Positions 10,315 through 20,935 of a stretch of DNA of 64,000 nt are shown here, one piece after another. Source of the stretch: an uncultured Verrucomicrobiae bacterium. Its GTDB lineage: Bacteria; Verrucomicrobiota; Verrucomicrobiia; Chthoniobacterales; Terrimicrobiaceae. The stretch covers positions 224,001 through 288,000 of the forward strand of contig CAVPOC010000003.1 in assembly GCA_963706955.1 (NCBI GenBank). The letters run 5' to 3'. Within the stretch, counting starts at the first letter, position 1. Every line of letters starts with the position of its first letter. Below the pieces are notes generated by a model. The model was given only the letters and a program-made list of their open reading frames with translations. It was not told the origin of the DNA and searched no databases. A program made the position numbers and the translations under genes.

Positions 10315-10819
10315 CTAAGCCTGCGCCGCGCCGATTTCCGTGGCCGCCGGCACTTCGATCAATTTGCCGGAACGGACGTCGTAAACGTAACCATAAATCG
10401 GTATTGAGCGTGGAACCAGCGGGTGATAACGAATACGAGCGACATCCGACGATACGCTGCTTGTCTCATCTTCGAAGGTGAGCCAGTTGACAAAGTCACC
10501 AGCATCCGATCCGGGACCTCGACCAACATCCTTCCATTCCCCATGATCGATTTGCGCGGTTTCGAGGCTGTTTCTCACATCACACCGATTGTGGAATGGC
10601 CCTACGGATGGCGTCATCGCTTGCGCGGCCGCCAGCATTTCGAATCACGTGCGCGTCTCCCTCACTTAGGCCCGCGTACTTGGCGGGATCAAGTCGAGCA
10701 TCCATGCACGTCAAAATTGCAAACCGCCGCGCTGGAGGCAGAGGGAGATTTCCCTTGGTCCCAAAGTTTTCAACGTAGTTCTTATTTGCTGCGAGGATTT
10801 CACTGAGAATTTGGCTCAC
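10315..10819 (-). pseudogene. Beta-carbonic anhydrase clade D (COS/CS2-hydrolase-like family), internally deleted and frameshifted
   Basis: N-half [10 protein letters not shown]...[13 protein letters not shown] and C-half IYGYVYDVRSGKL are in different frames; the segment that normally carries the HxxC Zn ligands is absent. Confidence 0.75.
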
Positions 10820-10845
10820 AATCAAATGCGGGTTGTTGCGATTGA

Positions 10846-11700
10846 CTATGCCGCAACGTCTGCCGATTCGACAAGCAACCGATCGCGACGAAAGTTGGCA
10901 CCTCTTCCTCGCATTTCTGTGGCAGCAGGGACACCGAGCATTTCTTCTCTCAAAAGATCCATGCAAGTGCGTTTCAGTTTCATGAAATCCTTCGAGACCA
11001 GTGTGTCGATGGTTCGAGGACGCGGAAGAGGCACATCGAAGAGCGCCTTGAGGCGGCCAGGCCGCCGCGTGAGCACAGCGACCCGCGAACCGAGATAGAT
11101 CGCCTCGTCGATATCGTGAGTGACGAACAAGACGGTCATTCCATATTCAGTCCACACTTGCAGGAGCAGTTCTTGCATCATCAGACGCGTCTGCGCGTCT
11201 AGGGAGCTGAAGGGCTCATCCATAAGCATGACCCGCGGCTTGTTCACCAAGACACGCGCCAGACCGACGCGTTGTTGCATGCCCCCGGAGAGCTGGGCGG
11301 GATAATGCCGCCCAAATTCGGAAAGACCGACCTTGCGGAGAATCTCACCAACCATCTGGTAGCGTTGGGCTCGCGGGACGTTCCGGAACTTCAAACCAAA
11401 ATCGACGTTCTGCCACACCAGTTTCCAAGGAAAGAGTGTGGGTTGTTGAAAAACGACGCCACGATCCGGTCCAGGTTTAACCACCTGCTCACCATCGACG
11501 CTTACCTCGCCAGCTTGGGGAGGCTGAAAGCCGGCGATTGTATTGATGAGGCTCGATTTGCCGCAACCGGAAGGTCCGAGGACAGAAAGAAAGTCGCCCG
11601 GACTTAACGTCAACGAGAGGCTTTGCAGTGCAGTGACGGCATTCCGCCCCTCGCCGAAGGCGAGCGTGACGTTCTCCAAAGCGATCGCGCCCCGACTCAT
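10846..11700 (-). CDS. Nitrate/sulfonate/taurine-type ABC ATPase
   Basis: [31 protein letters not shown]; start MSRGAI overlaps the permease stop. Confidence 0.92.
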   Translation of the reverse strand: MSRGAIALENVTLAFGEGRNAVTALQSLSLTLSPGDFLSVLGPSGCGKSSLINTIAGFQPPQAGEVSVDGEQVVKPGPDRGVVFQQPTLFPWKLVWQNVDFGLKFRNVPRAQRYQMVGEILRKVGLSEFGRHYPAQLSGGMQQRVGLARVLVNKPRVMLMDEPFSSLDAQTRLMMQELLLQVWTEYGMTVLFVTHDIDEAIYLGSRVAVLTRRPGRLKALFDVPLPRPRTIDTLVSKDFMKLKRTCMDLLREEMLGVPAATEMRGRGANFRRDRLLVESADVAA

Positions 11701-12491
11701 CGTGTGCCCTGATTCTGTTGCCACGGAGTCAGCCGCCTTCCGAGAAAGCGAATTAGGGCACTCGAAGCCATCCCCGACACTCCGATAACCAACATCCCGA
11801 CGATGATGTCGGGATATTTCTGCATGGTGTAAGATTCCCAAGTAAAATAGCCGATTCCGAATTGGCCCGAGATCATCTCGGCGGTGACAACCAAGAACCA
11901 GCAGGTCCCCATGCCGATCGTCAGGCCTGTGACAATCGAAGGCATTGCCCCGGGGAGGACAACTTCACGGAATATCGGCCACGTCCCTGCGCCCAAGGAT
12001 TGGGCCGCGTAGATCAACCTTCGGTCAAGATTCTCCACACCATGGATCGTGCTCAGGAGAATGGGAAAGATCGCGCCGAGGAAACAGATGAAGATCATAC
12101 TCTGCTCGGCCGTCGGAAACATAAGGATCGCTAAGGGAATCCAAGCCACTCCCGGAATCGGGCGTAGAACCTCTATCGGTGTCATGATCACATCCTCAAG
12201 CAGACGCGACCGACCGATCAAAAGACCAAGAGGCACGGCGGTCAACAAAGCCAACCCGAAACCAATCGCCACACGCCGGGCGCTATTCGCGAGGTGACGG
12301 AAAGACTTAGGGGCCTGAGCAAATTCAGTCGTTGAAACTGCGACCACGCTCGGCGCCGGGACATGAGCGAAATTGATCAAGAAGTGGATCCTGTTTGTCG
12401 AGGCAAGTTCCCAAAGGGCGATGAAAGCCGCCAGCGCGAGCAGTCGTGTGATGATCCGCCGGAAGGCATCGAGATTCGCCGGAACCGACAA
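11697..12491 (-). CDS. Nitrate/sulfonate/taurine-type ABC permease
   Basis: LRPIPGVAWIP, AAQSLGA, AEMISG; true start may be ATG 12558 with a frameshift. Confidence 0.9.
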   Translation of the reverse strand: MSVPANLDAFRRIITRLLALAAFIALWELASTNRIHFLINFAHVPAPSVVAVSTTEFAQAPKSFRHLANSARRVAIGFGLALLTAVPLGLLIGRSRLLEDVIMTPIEVLRPIPGVAWIPLAILMFPTAEQSMIFICFLGAIFPILLSTIHGVENLDRRLIYAAQSLGAGTWPIFREVVLPGAMPSIVTGLTIGMGTCWFLVVTAEMISGQFGIGYFTWESYTMQKYPDIIVGMLVIGVSGMASSALIRFLGRRLTPWQQNQGTR

Positions 12492-12575
12492 TTTCGATGG
12501 CTCGGCTGGTGCTAAGTCATCGATCGGGAGAGCTCGGTGTAGTCAGCGGGTTTGCCATAACACTGTTCTGGTAGT

Positions 12576-13025
12576 TTAATCTTCGATTAAATTGCCGCCG
12601 CGCCAGGCGGGAAGTCCCGCCCCAATCCATCCCTGGAGGCCGCCGGCCAGCGACCGCACATTCTTGTATCCCATGCGTTGCAGATTATCGGCCGAGAGGG
12701 CCGCACGATGGCCTGCGCCACAGTAAGTGATTATTTCAATGGCGGGATCGGGAGCGTGCTTTTCAATTTCCAGTTCGAGCGTTCCCCGAGCGAGATGCCG
12801 GGCATTCGGAATGTGTCCGCGCCAAAATTCATCTCGTTCGCGCACGTCGATGACCAGCGCGCCGCGCTTAATTGCGGCGACGGTTTCCTCGACCGATACC
12901 TCTGTGATCCTCGAACGTGCCTCCGCGGCTAGCTTGAGGAAGCGTTGGCTCCGCTTCTCTGCGACCTGAAGTCTAGCGAGCTTGAGCAAGACGCTCGTTG
13001 CCCACGAATTTACGAGCTTCGGCAT
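12576..13025 (-). CDS. Single-domain rhodanese
   Basis: IDVRE..E...GHIPNA, YCGAGHRA active-site loop, LAGG..GW; start uncertain. Confidence 0.88.
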   Translation of the reverse strand: MPKLVNSWATSVLLKLARLQVAEKRSQRFLKLAAEARSRITEVSVEETVAAIKRGALVIDVRERDEFWRGHIPNARHLARGTLELEIEKHAPDPAIEIITYCGAGHRAALSADNLQRMGYKNVRSLAGGLQGWIGAGLPAWRGGNLIED

Positions 13026-14416
13026 ATGTCAGCAGTTTTCCGTTGTTGGCTTGCGCCCATTTCTCGGCGCGAGATTTCTCGAGGAAGGCGGCGATATCGT
13101 TGCCGGTTCGAATGTACCAGACCTTGTCGGCAAAGAGTTTCAGTCCGGTCTCACGATCGTGCACGAAGGCCACGCGAACTGTCTTGTTATCCTTCTCAAG
13201 CTGATCGAGGGCGAGGAAGGTGCTGGGAACGTCCTTGTAGAGGCGCACTTTCTTCTCGCCCTCTACCCAGATTTGACCGGCGTTATTTACATCGATGATC
13301 TCTTCTCCGAGTGACAAAATCTTTCGCCTCAAAGGGCACTGGCGCGTAGTCCTTCAGACGAGCGTCGTAATCGGCGCCAAATTCTTTCGCCGCCTGGCGA
13401 ATATATTTGTCATCCACATATTCGCTGACCTTGATGTCGTGCGATGTCTTTTTAAGGATCTTGAGAGTTTCAGCTGCACCGGCGATGGCCTTCAGGACCT
13501 CGGGTTTGAAAGTATAGTCACGCGTTTGAATGCCGTGGGGACCATGAAACGCATAGAAAACTTCCGCTTCGATGCCCGTCCATTTTTCGTATTGTTCGGC
13601 CAACCCTTCCGGATCCTCCCGCAAGAGGCGATCTCCCTCCAACGCTGACTTCAGATAGGCAACCACGATCTCGGGATACTTCTCAGCGAAGTCCGAACGC
13701 ACCTGGATACCATGGGTAGTCGGCACGCCCGTGCTGCTGCCATCCAGAATTTTGCGCGCGAAGCCGCGAAACGGGAACAACTCCCCGAAAGGCACAAAGT
13801 TCGCGTGAGCATCAATCTGACCTGATTTGAGAGCCGAACCGCCTACTTCTGGTGTTTGTGTGACGATCGTAATGTCCGTTTCGGGATCCCAATTCTGATC
13901 CTTGACTGCACGAAGCAGAAACGCGTGCGCGGTTGAAGCAAAGGGGACCGAGACGGTCTTGCCCTTAAGTTGCGCTATGTCTTGCACACTAGAATCGCTG
14001 GGAACCAACAGGGCATTGCCCGCGCCGTGCAGACCGGAGGAAAGCGACGCGATGTAAACAGTCTTCACCCCATTGTTCTGGGTCAGAAACGCGTCGTGAC
14101 CCACGATCGAGGGGAAATCCGCCATCGAGACGATATCCAGGCGATTGGCGAGGATCTCGCTATTGAGCTGAGCTCCGGTTGGCAGATTCAGCCAAACGAT
14201 TTCATAAGTGACGTCCTTATATTTGCCATCATGCGGAAGATACTTTTCGAGAAGCTTCAATTCGCGCACGACCGGTCCTCCCGCTGCGCAATTGATCGTC
14301 GTATCTTGCGTCCCTATGGCCACGCGAATGGTCTCGCCTGCTTGAACAAGTGTTAGGGTAAACAGAATAAGAATAGATGTTAGTTTCATAACCTTCAGAG
14401 CTGAATGGGTTTTCAT
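12973..14416 (-). CDS. Sulfonate-type ABC substrate-binding protein with C-terminal extension (split by +1 frameshift near 13309)
   Basis: IRVAIGTQDTTINC, VSVPFASTAH, ANFVPFGELFPFRG; KDFVT-(extra C)-GEEIIDV joins ORF 13283..14416 to ORF 12973..13332. Confidence 0.82.
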
Positions 14417-15358
14417 TAGGATTCGATGACGTGCAAGTCTTCTTCGATTGGCGAAGATGGATTATCCGCGCGGCACGATGACGAACTCGAAGCGACGCGG
14501 CGAGATGTCGCGTCCGCGGAGTCCTGCGCTACGACGAGGAACTTTGCCGTACAGGCGCTTGAACGCGCCCGGAGGTGATATTTGCCGGCGACCTCAAGAT
14601 TGATGGTAGCGCGATAGATGGCCCACGGCTGACAGTTCCACCGAAAATGGGATACGAAAGTCTTCCGATTTGGATTGAACACCTCCAGCGACGCACTTTC
14701 ATTGACGCCCAGACTGACGTTTCCCCACGCATCTTCCGCGCGCACCATCACGGGCAAGATGGCCCCAGCGGTCATCGCCGGGGGGGCAATGATGCGCAGA
14801 GCTGACATCGGACCAGGCTGGATAACGATGTGGTCGACAAGATCGGCTTCAAAGCAGGCAGATGTCCCGTCTGGGCAAACGAAGGCCCGCCAGTGGAACC
14901 CCTCCTCAGCGAAGGTTTGCACCCTGGTCCCCCGGCCACCTCTGCGCTTATCGCCGAGGCGGAGATGAATTAGATCCCCGTCGCGGAGATTGCCACGAAC
15001 GACCGTGACCACGATTGATCTCCTTTCGCCAATTCGTTCGTAGGAGACGGCCAGCGCTGCCATCTGAGCGTTGGAAAACGGCCGTTCACTCGAGCCGAAT
15101 TCGACACTTAGATAATTGTCGGCGGAAGGATCCCGCGTTTGAAAATCCGCCCAATCCGAATCGGAGGCGAAAAGTTATGCTTAGGTTGCCATGCTTGGCC
15201 AAGCCCGCGCTACCCACGCAGTAGCTGAGCTGGAGCTCTTGCCAGCTGCCCGCTTCAAGCACAGCCTTATCAACATGCAAGCTTCCCCAGCGACCGGCTC
15301 TTCTCACCGTGCTCAGGTCAGCTTTGGCTAAGCTCTCGGGAAATGCTGTGAGGCTCAT
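14416..15358 (-). CDS. Hypothetical protein resembling the N-terminal region of DUF3604 proteins (split by +1 frameshift near 15165)
   Basis: Removing one base joins ITFRL to DSDWADFQTRDPSADNYL and ORF 14416..15063 (LGD...G.R.QTFAE, RAEDAWGN); family assignment is from recall. Confidence 0.55.
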
Positions 15359-15393
15359 CTGAAAGTCTGATTGGAATTGCTTTGACGTGGATG

Positions 15394-16314
15394 CTAATCT
15401 CCGGAAGCAGCCAGGCGTTCGATGGCGAGCCGGGCGGATTTACGAACTCCACCGTCCTGGTCGTTGCGAAGTGACTCGAGCCGATCGATCCATCTTGGGT
15501 TCTGCGACTCTCCCAAGGCTATGGCTCCGGCCATTCGTAAATCGGCCAAGTCGTGCGTGAGCAGCCTCGCCACAGCCTCGCCACCATCGACCTGGAGTCG
15601 AGAAAGGCCGAGAGCCGCCTCGCGCACCACCTGCCAAGCTGGATCTTCCAGCGTGGCTATGAGAGCGGCCTTGGCGTCCTCACTCGGGAATCGTCCGAGC
15701 GCAAGTGTGGCTTCGCGACGCACCTCCCAATTGCCGTCGGCCAGCGCCGCAACGAGGTCATCGAAGACGAAGGCATCATCGAATTGCGCCACCGCGGCGA
15801 TCGCCACTTTACGGACTGCCGCATTTTCGTCCCGAAGCGCGGAGCGCAACGCCAGCAAGTGATCGCGCCGTCGATAGTTCGCCACGGCAGTTACCGCTTG
15901 CCGTCGAATCTCTGGCTCCGGATCGCTAAGTCGCCGAACCAAGGCGCCCAAGGCCTCCGCTTCCCGGTGCTCTCGCAATGCAATCAACGCCGCCAGACGA
16001 GTTTCCGCAGCAGAACTCTCGAGGGCAGCCACGAGATGTTCGATCGCGGCAGGATCCTGGAAGGACCGTAACACTTCGCTCGCGAGCAGACTGACTTCCG
16101 CATCCGCGTCAGCCGCCGCTCGCAGCAGTGCTGGGATAGCTGCGGGATCGTTCTCAAGTTGAATCACCTCGATGGCCAGACGGCGGATCGAGGTTTCCGG
16201 ATGCTGCAGAGAGGCGACTAGGAGTTTTGTCGGCAAAGGCTGGCCAGCCTCCAGGCTCTCAGCCAAGGTCAGGAAGATCTGCTGCGTTTGTTCGTCATCA
16301 AGGGTGATGCTCAT
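15394..16314 (-). CDS. HEAT/PBS-lyase repeat protein
   Basis: Repeated L.D....VR..A..AL units; ATGA overlap with the ferredoxin stop. Confidence 0.9.
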   Translation of the reverse strand: MSITLDDEQTQQIFLTLAESLEAGQPLPTKLLVASLQHPETSIRRLAIEVIQLENDPAAIPALLRAAADADAEVSLLASEVLRSFQDPAAIEHLVAALESSAAETRLAALIALREHREAEALGALVRRLSDPEPEIRRQAVTAVANYRRRDHLLALRSALRDENAAVRKVAIAAVAQFDDAFVFDDLVAALADGNWEVRREATLALGRFPSEDAKAALIATLEDPAWQVVREAALGLSRLQVDGGEAVARLLTHDLADLRMAGAIALGESQNPRWIDRLESLRNDQDGGVRKSARLAIERLAASGD

Positions 16315-16619
16315 CGAATTAGAAAGGGAATTTTCACGGTTATGGCGTTGGTCGGGCAGTCCACTTCGCAAGCCAGGCAATACCAGCAGTCATCATATTT
16401 CATATGCGACTTGCCCGTGGCTGGATTGATCGCGAGGCAGTCCACAGGACAGGACTCCACGCAGATATGACACCCTTTGATACATCGCTCCTCGTGCACT
16501 ACGACCGGCACATCGAAGAGTCGTGCGACCTGGCGGTTGGGCACGGATTTCGCCACCGAAGCGGCTTCGCTTTCCGAGGCAAATTTCAGCCTTCCGGCAA
16601 CAATAGGTTTCGAGCTCAT
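16311..16619 (-). CDS. 2x[4Fe-4S] ferredoxin (AprB-like)
   Basis: CIKGCHICVESCPVD and CWYCLACEVDCP motifs. Confidence 0.93.
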   Translation of the reverse strand: MSSKPIVAGRLKFASESEAASVAKSVPNRQVARLFDVPVVVHEERCIKGCHICVESCPVDCLAINPATGKSHMKYDDCWYCLACEVDCPTNAITVKIPFLIR

Positions 16620-18352
16620 GCAGCCATCGTTTCGATGCGCAACCGGTGGTAGGAGCGCAGTTCCTCCGCGCCGAGCGGGATCACATAGGGCTCGACGGGC
16701 CGGCGAAAGAGCTTCATTGCGCCGTCCTCGCCTTTCTTCAGGTTGACGTGGACAAACCAGTTCGCGTCGTCCATTTCCGGGTAGTCAAGGCGGTGGTGAT
16801 AGAGTCCCCAGCGGCTTTCCGTGCGGAAGAGCGACGCACGCACAGCCATCTCGGCGCAGTCGCGAATGAAGTCCGCTTCATTGGCACGCATCAGCTCATG
16901 CGGATCGGCCGCTCCCAGTTGTTCCAGCTCTTGGCGTGCGCGTTCGAAATAATCCAACCCCTTTTCGAGCCGAGATGCCGATTTCGGCGGTTGCAGATAG
17001 TCGTTCACGTGCCGCCTAAGCTTGTATTCAAATTGATGAGGCGGAATGCCGTCAGCCTGCAGCAAGGGCCGAAGCGCTCGCTTCCGCTCCGCCTCGACCT
17101 GTCCATCATCCAACCGGCAATCTCGAGCCGAGCGTAGAAACTCGACCGCATTCCGCGCGGAAATCTTTCCGAAGGTGAAGGCGCCGAGCATGTAGCCGTG
17201 GGGGACAGAAGCCATGTCCCCGGCGGCATACAGGCCCGGCACCGTCGTTTCCCCCCGCTCGTTGATCCAGACCCCCGAAGCGCTGTGTCCGCTGCAGAGG
17301 CCGATCTCCGAAATCGACATCTCGATCAAATTGTTGCCGTAATTCACCCCTCTACCGGCGTGAAAGCGCCCGCGGCTTGGGCGCTCAGTGGTGTGTAAAA
17401 TCTGCTCGATCTCGTTCACCGTTTCGGGAGCAAGGTGATCCATTTTCAAGTAAACCGGCCCATTTTCGCTATGCAGCTCGCGGTAGAACTCCCACATCAT
17501 CTGCCCGCTCCAATAGTCCGAAAGCATGAAGCGATTGCCTTTCGCGTTGACCGTGTAGCCGCCGAATGGCCCGCTGACATATGCGCACGCCGGGCCATTG
17601 TAGTCCTTAAGCAGCGGATTGACTTGAAAGCACTCGATGTTCGTCAACTCCGCTCCCGCGTGATATGCCATCGCAAACCCATCGCCGGCGTTCGCTGGAT
17701 TCTCATACGTGCCCATCAGATAACCGGAGGCAGGTAAGCCGAGCCGGCCGCAGGCTCCGCAAGCCAGGATCACCGCTTTCGCTCGAATCACCACGAATTC
17801 CCCGGTCCGGACGTTGAACCCGAGCGCGCCGACGGCTCTCCCCTCATCAAGCAGAATTCGCGTCGCCATCACCCTGTTCTCGACCCGCACGCCTCGCTGC
17901 CGAATCTGCCGGGTCAAAATCTTCTTGATGTCATAGCCCTCAGGCATCGGGAGGACATAACTCCCCTTGTGGTGAACCTTCTTGACGTCATAATCCCCGT
18001 TCGGCGTCTTCTGAAACTTCACTCCCCAGGACTCCAACTCCTGGATCATCGCGAAACTCTCGCGAGCATAGGCCAGCACGGCGCGTTGGTTCACGATGCC
18101 ATCATTCGCCATCGTGATCTCCTTGACATACTGCTCCGGGGTAGCATGTCCGGGCACCACCGCGTTGTTCACCCCGTCCATGCCCAGAGCAATCGCCCCA
18201 CTCCGCTTAACGTTAGCCTTCTCCAGTAAGAGGACCTCGCCCTCAGGCAAAGCTTCCTTGCCCTTGATTGCTGCCACCGACCCCGCTGTCCCACCGCCAA
18301 TCACCAGTAGGTCCACATCGACAGACAAAGCTTTATCAGATTCAACACTCAT
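16616..18352 (-). CDS. FAD flavoprotein of the succinate dehydrogenase/fumarate reductase/APS reductase alpha family
   Basis: IGGGTAG, RSGAIALGMDGVNN, GHSASGVW, GLYAAGD, RTESRWGLYH. Confidence 0.9.
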   Translation of the reverse strand: MSVESDKALSVDVDLLVIGGGTAGSVAAIKGKEALPEGEVLLLEKANVKRSGAIALGMDGVNNAVVPGHATPEQYVKEITMANDGIVNQRAVLAYARESFAMIQELESWGVKFQKTPNGDYDVKKVHHKGSYVLPMPEGYDIKKILTRQIRQRGVRVENRVMATRILLDEGRAVGALGFNVRTGEFVVIRAKAVILACGACGRLGLPASGYLMGTYENPANAGDGFAMAYHAGAELTNIECFQVNPLLKDYNGPACAYVSGPFGGYTVNAKGNRFMLSDYWSGQMMWEFYRELHSENGPVYLKMDHLAPETVNEIEQILHTTERPSRGRFHAGRGVNYGNNLIEMSISEIGLCSGHSASGVWINERGETTVPGLYAAGDMASVPHGYMLGAFTFGKISARNAVEFLRSARDCRLDDGQVEAERKRALRPLLQADGIPPHQFEYKLRRHVNDYLQPPKSASRLEKGLDYFERARQELEQLGAADPHELMRANEADFIRDCAEMAVRASLFRTESRWGLYHHRLDYPEMDDANWFVHVNLKKGEDGAMKLFRRPVEPYVIPLGAEELRSYHRLRIETMAA

Positions 18353-18367
18353 GGATCACAGCGAAAT

Positions 18368-18390
18368 AGCGACTGAACTGATCGTTATTC
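18368..18390 (-). promoter_or_regulatory. Candidate Rrf2 operator (copy 1) upstream of the flavoprotein
   Basis: AGCGAC-tgaactg-ATCGTT-ATTC, matching the sites at 24712 and 29870. Confidence 0.6.
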
Positions 18391-18430
18391 GAGACACGGT
18401 GAAAAGGTCAGCTGGCATGGCGAGCGTGTT

Positions 18431-19168
18431 TTAGGCCGGGATGGTGCCGTCGAGGTCGAGAAATTCCTCGACGAAGGAATTGGCGGGGAGGTCGCGGACC
18501 TCGTCAGGAGTGCCGATTTGCTGGACTTCGCCCTTGTCGATAAGGACGACGCGATCGGCGACTTCAAAGGCTTCGTCCTGATCGTGGGTTACGAAGAGAC
18601 TGGTCAGATGGGTGGTGTCGTGGAAGCGGCGCAACCAGTGGCGCAATTCCTTTCGGACTTTGGCATCGAGGGCACCGAAGGGTTCGTCGAGCAGGAGGAC
18701 CTCCGGTTCGATAGCCAAAGCGCGGGCGAAGGCAACACGTTGCCGCTGACCTCCGGAGAGTTGGCTGGGAAGGCGCTTAGCGAACTCGGCGAGTTGAATG
18801 GTCTCGAGGAGTTGCTCGACGCGGGCGCGGATTTGCGGTTCGGGCGGGCGCTGGCCTTTTTTTCGCACCCGGAGCCCGAAAGCGATGTTCTCAAAGACAC
18901 TCAAATGCTGGAAGAGCGCGTAATGCTGAAAGACGAATCCCGCCTTGCGTTGGTAGGCGTTTTGGGAAGTGACATCGCGGTCGCCAAAAAGGATGCGTCC
19001 CTTGTCCGGAAACTCGAGTCCGGCGATAACGCGCAGCAAGGTGGTCTTGCCGGAACCGCTCGGCCCAAGCAGGGCAACAAGCTCTCCGCTCTCGATGGTG
19101 AAATTCACGTGATTGAGTGCGGGGAACCGCGCGAACTTTTTCGTGATGTCGTCGATTTGGATGCTCAT
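18431..19168 (-). CDS. cysA: Sulfate/thiosulfate ABC ATPase
   Basis: [31 protein letters not shown]; next to cysW/cysT. Confidence 0.92.
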   Translation of the reverse strand: MSIQIDDITKKFARFPALNHVNFTIESGELVALLGPSGSGKTTLLRVIAGLEFPDKGRILFGDRDVTSQNAYQRKAGFVFQHYALFQHLSVFENIAFGLRVRKKGQRPPEPQIRARVEQLLETIQLAEFAKRLPSQLSGGQRQRVAFARALAIEPEVLLLDEPFGALDAKVRKELRHWLRRFHDTTHLTSLFVTHDQDEAFEVADRVVLIDKGEVQQIGTPDEVRDLPANSFVEEFLDLDGTIPA

Positions 19169-19172
19169 GGTA

Positions 19173-20108
19173 TCATCCTTCTGTTCCGGCTGCCTCCCTC
19201 ACCTGCCGTTCGGTCTGCCATTCGGCATACGTTTTGATGATGAGGGTCAAAAGCGCGAGCACCGAAAGGACCGAGGCGACAGCGAAGGCGGCGGCGAACT
19301 GGTATTCGTTGTAAAGAATTTCGATGTGGAGAGGCATAGTGTTCGTCTTATTGCGAATATGACCAGAGACAACGGAAACCGCACCAAACTCTCCCATCGC
19401 CCGGGCGTTGCAGAGTATCAAGCCATAAATAAGTCCCCACTTAATCTTTGGCAGTGTGACGCGCGAAAAAATCTGCCAGCCATTTGCCCCCAGAGTCATG
19501 GCGGCCTCCTCTTCTTTGTGGCCTTGCGCCTGCATCAGCGGGATCAGACCCCGCGCGACAAAGGGAAAGGTCACGAAGATTGTTGCCAGGATGATGCCAG
19601 GCTCGGCGAAAATAACCTTGATGTTGTGATCATAAAGGAAGCGGGCCAGAAAATTGCTATCTAGCGTCTCCTGACTGGGAAAAAAGAGCGGACCCAGCCA
19701 GCCCTGCCGCCCAAAAATGAGAACATAGATGAGACCGCCGATCACTGGCGAGACCCACAACGGAAGATCAATCAGAGAGATGAGCAGGGAGCGCCCGCGG
19801 AAGGTAAACCGCGTGACCGCCCAGGCGGCGAAAAGGCCGAAGATCGCGTTAAGCGGGACGACGATTGCCGCCGTCAAGAGCGTCAACTGCACGGCGTGAG
19901 CAGTCGCCCGATCTTGAAACGTTTTTAAGAAAACCTGCAGACCCTTCGCAAATGCTTCGTGAAAGACGACAAGCAGAGGGAGGACAAGAAACAGCCCAAA
20001 GAAAACGAGAAGAACCCCCACGAGCAGCCTCTTGATCAACGGCGACTCGGCGGTGGCGCGCCGCGGCGCGACCGGTCTCACGGGAAAAGTTGCGACGGCG
20101 CCCGCCAC
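19173..20108 (-). CDS. cysW: Sulfate ABC permease CysW
   Basis: [38 protein letters not shown]. Confidence 0.93.
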   Translation of the reverse strand: MAGAVATFPVRPVAPRRATAESPLIKRLLVGVLLVFFGLFLVLPLLVVFHEAFAKGLQVFLKTFQDRATAHAVQLTLLTAAIVVPLNAIFGLFAAWAVTRFTFRGRSLLISLIDLPLWVSPVIGGLIYVLIFGRQGWLGPLFFPSQETLDSNFLARFLYDHNIKVIFAEPGIILATIFVTFPFVARGLIPLMQAQGHKEEEAAMTLGANGWQIFSRVTLPKIKWGLIYGLILCNARAMGEFGAVSVVSGHIRNKTNTMPLHIEILYNEYQFAAAFAVASVLSVLALLTLIIKTYAEWQTERQVREAAGTEG

Positions 20109-20935
20109 TAGGCCACCCCCTTTCTCCTGCTGTCCCATGCCTGGAGACCATTGCAAATGAGGAGGATCGCGAACGAAGCCACCAGCATGATAAACCCGAG
20201 CGCGGCCGCACCGCTGTAATCGTACTGCTCGAGCTTCGTGATGATCAAGAGCGGGGTAATCTCAGTTTTGAACGGAAGGTTACCGGAGATAAAAACGACA
20301 GAACCGAACTCGCCCACGGCACGACCGTAAGCCAGCGTGATCCCGGTCAAGATCGACGGCAGCAAAGCGGGAAAGATCACTCTTCGAAAGGTCTGCCATC
20401 GGTTCGCGCCGAGGGTTGCAGCTGCTTCCTCGACATCTGCGGAGAGATCTTGAATGACCGGTTGGACCGTGCGAACCACGAAAGGGAGCCCAATGAAGGT
20501 CAGGGCGACCAGAATGCCGAGTTGGGTGTATGCCACCCTTATGCCGTACGGTTCCAGCAACGACCCGATGGTCCCGTTTTTCGCATAGATAGTGGTGAGG
20601 GCAATTCCCGCGACCGCCGTGGGCAAGGCGAAGGGGAGGTCGACGATGGCATCAAGGACCTTGCGACCCGGAAATTCATAACGGGCAAGCACCCAAGCGG
20701 CGATTACTCCAAAGACCCCGTTGATCAACGCCGCCACGAGCGAAATGCCGAAACTTACATAATAGGAAGCCACGACCCTCGGCTCAGTAATCGTTTTAAA
20801 GAAATGCTCCCATCCCCCGGCAAAGGTCTTTAGCAGAAGGCCGCTAAAGGGGATCAACACAAGAATGCTTAGATACACAAGAGTGTATCCCAGGGATAGG
20901 CCGAAGCCCGGGAGAACACGGCGCGATTTGGCCAT
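20108..20935 (-). CDS. cysT: Sulfate ABC permease CysT (CysU)
   Basis: VLPGFGLSLG, DLPFALPTAVAGI, FVVRTVQPV, KLEQYDY. Confidence 0.93.
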   Translation of the reverse strand: MAKSRRVLPGFGLSLGYTLVYLSILVLIPFSGLLLKTFAGGWEHFFKTITEPRVVASYYVSFGISLVAALINGVFGVIAAWVLARYEFPGRKVLDAIVDLPFALPTAVAGIALTTIYAKNGTIGSLLEPYGIRVAYTQLGILVALTFIGLPFVVRTVQPVIQDLSADVEEAAATLGANRWQTFRRVIFPALLPSILTGITLAYGRAVGEFGSVVFISGNLPFKTEITPLLIITKLEQYDYSGAAALGFIMLVASFAILLICNGLQAWDSRRKGVA

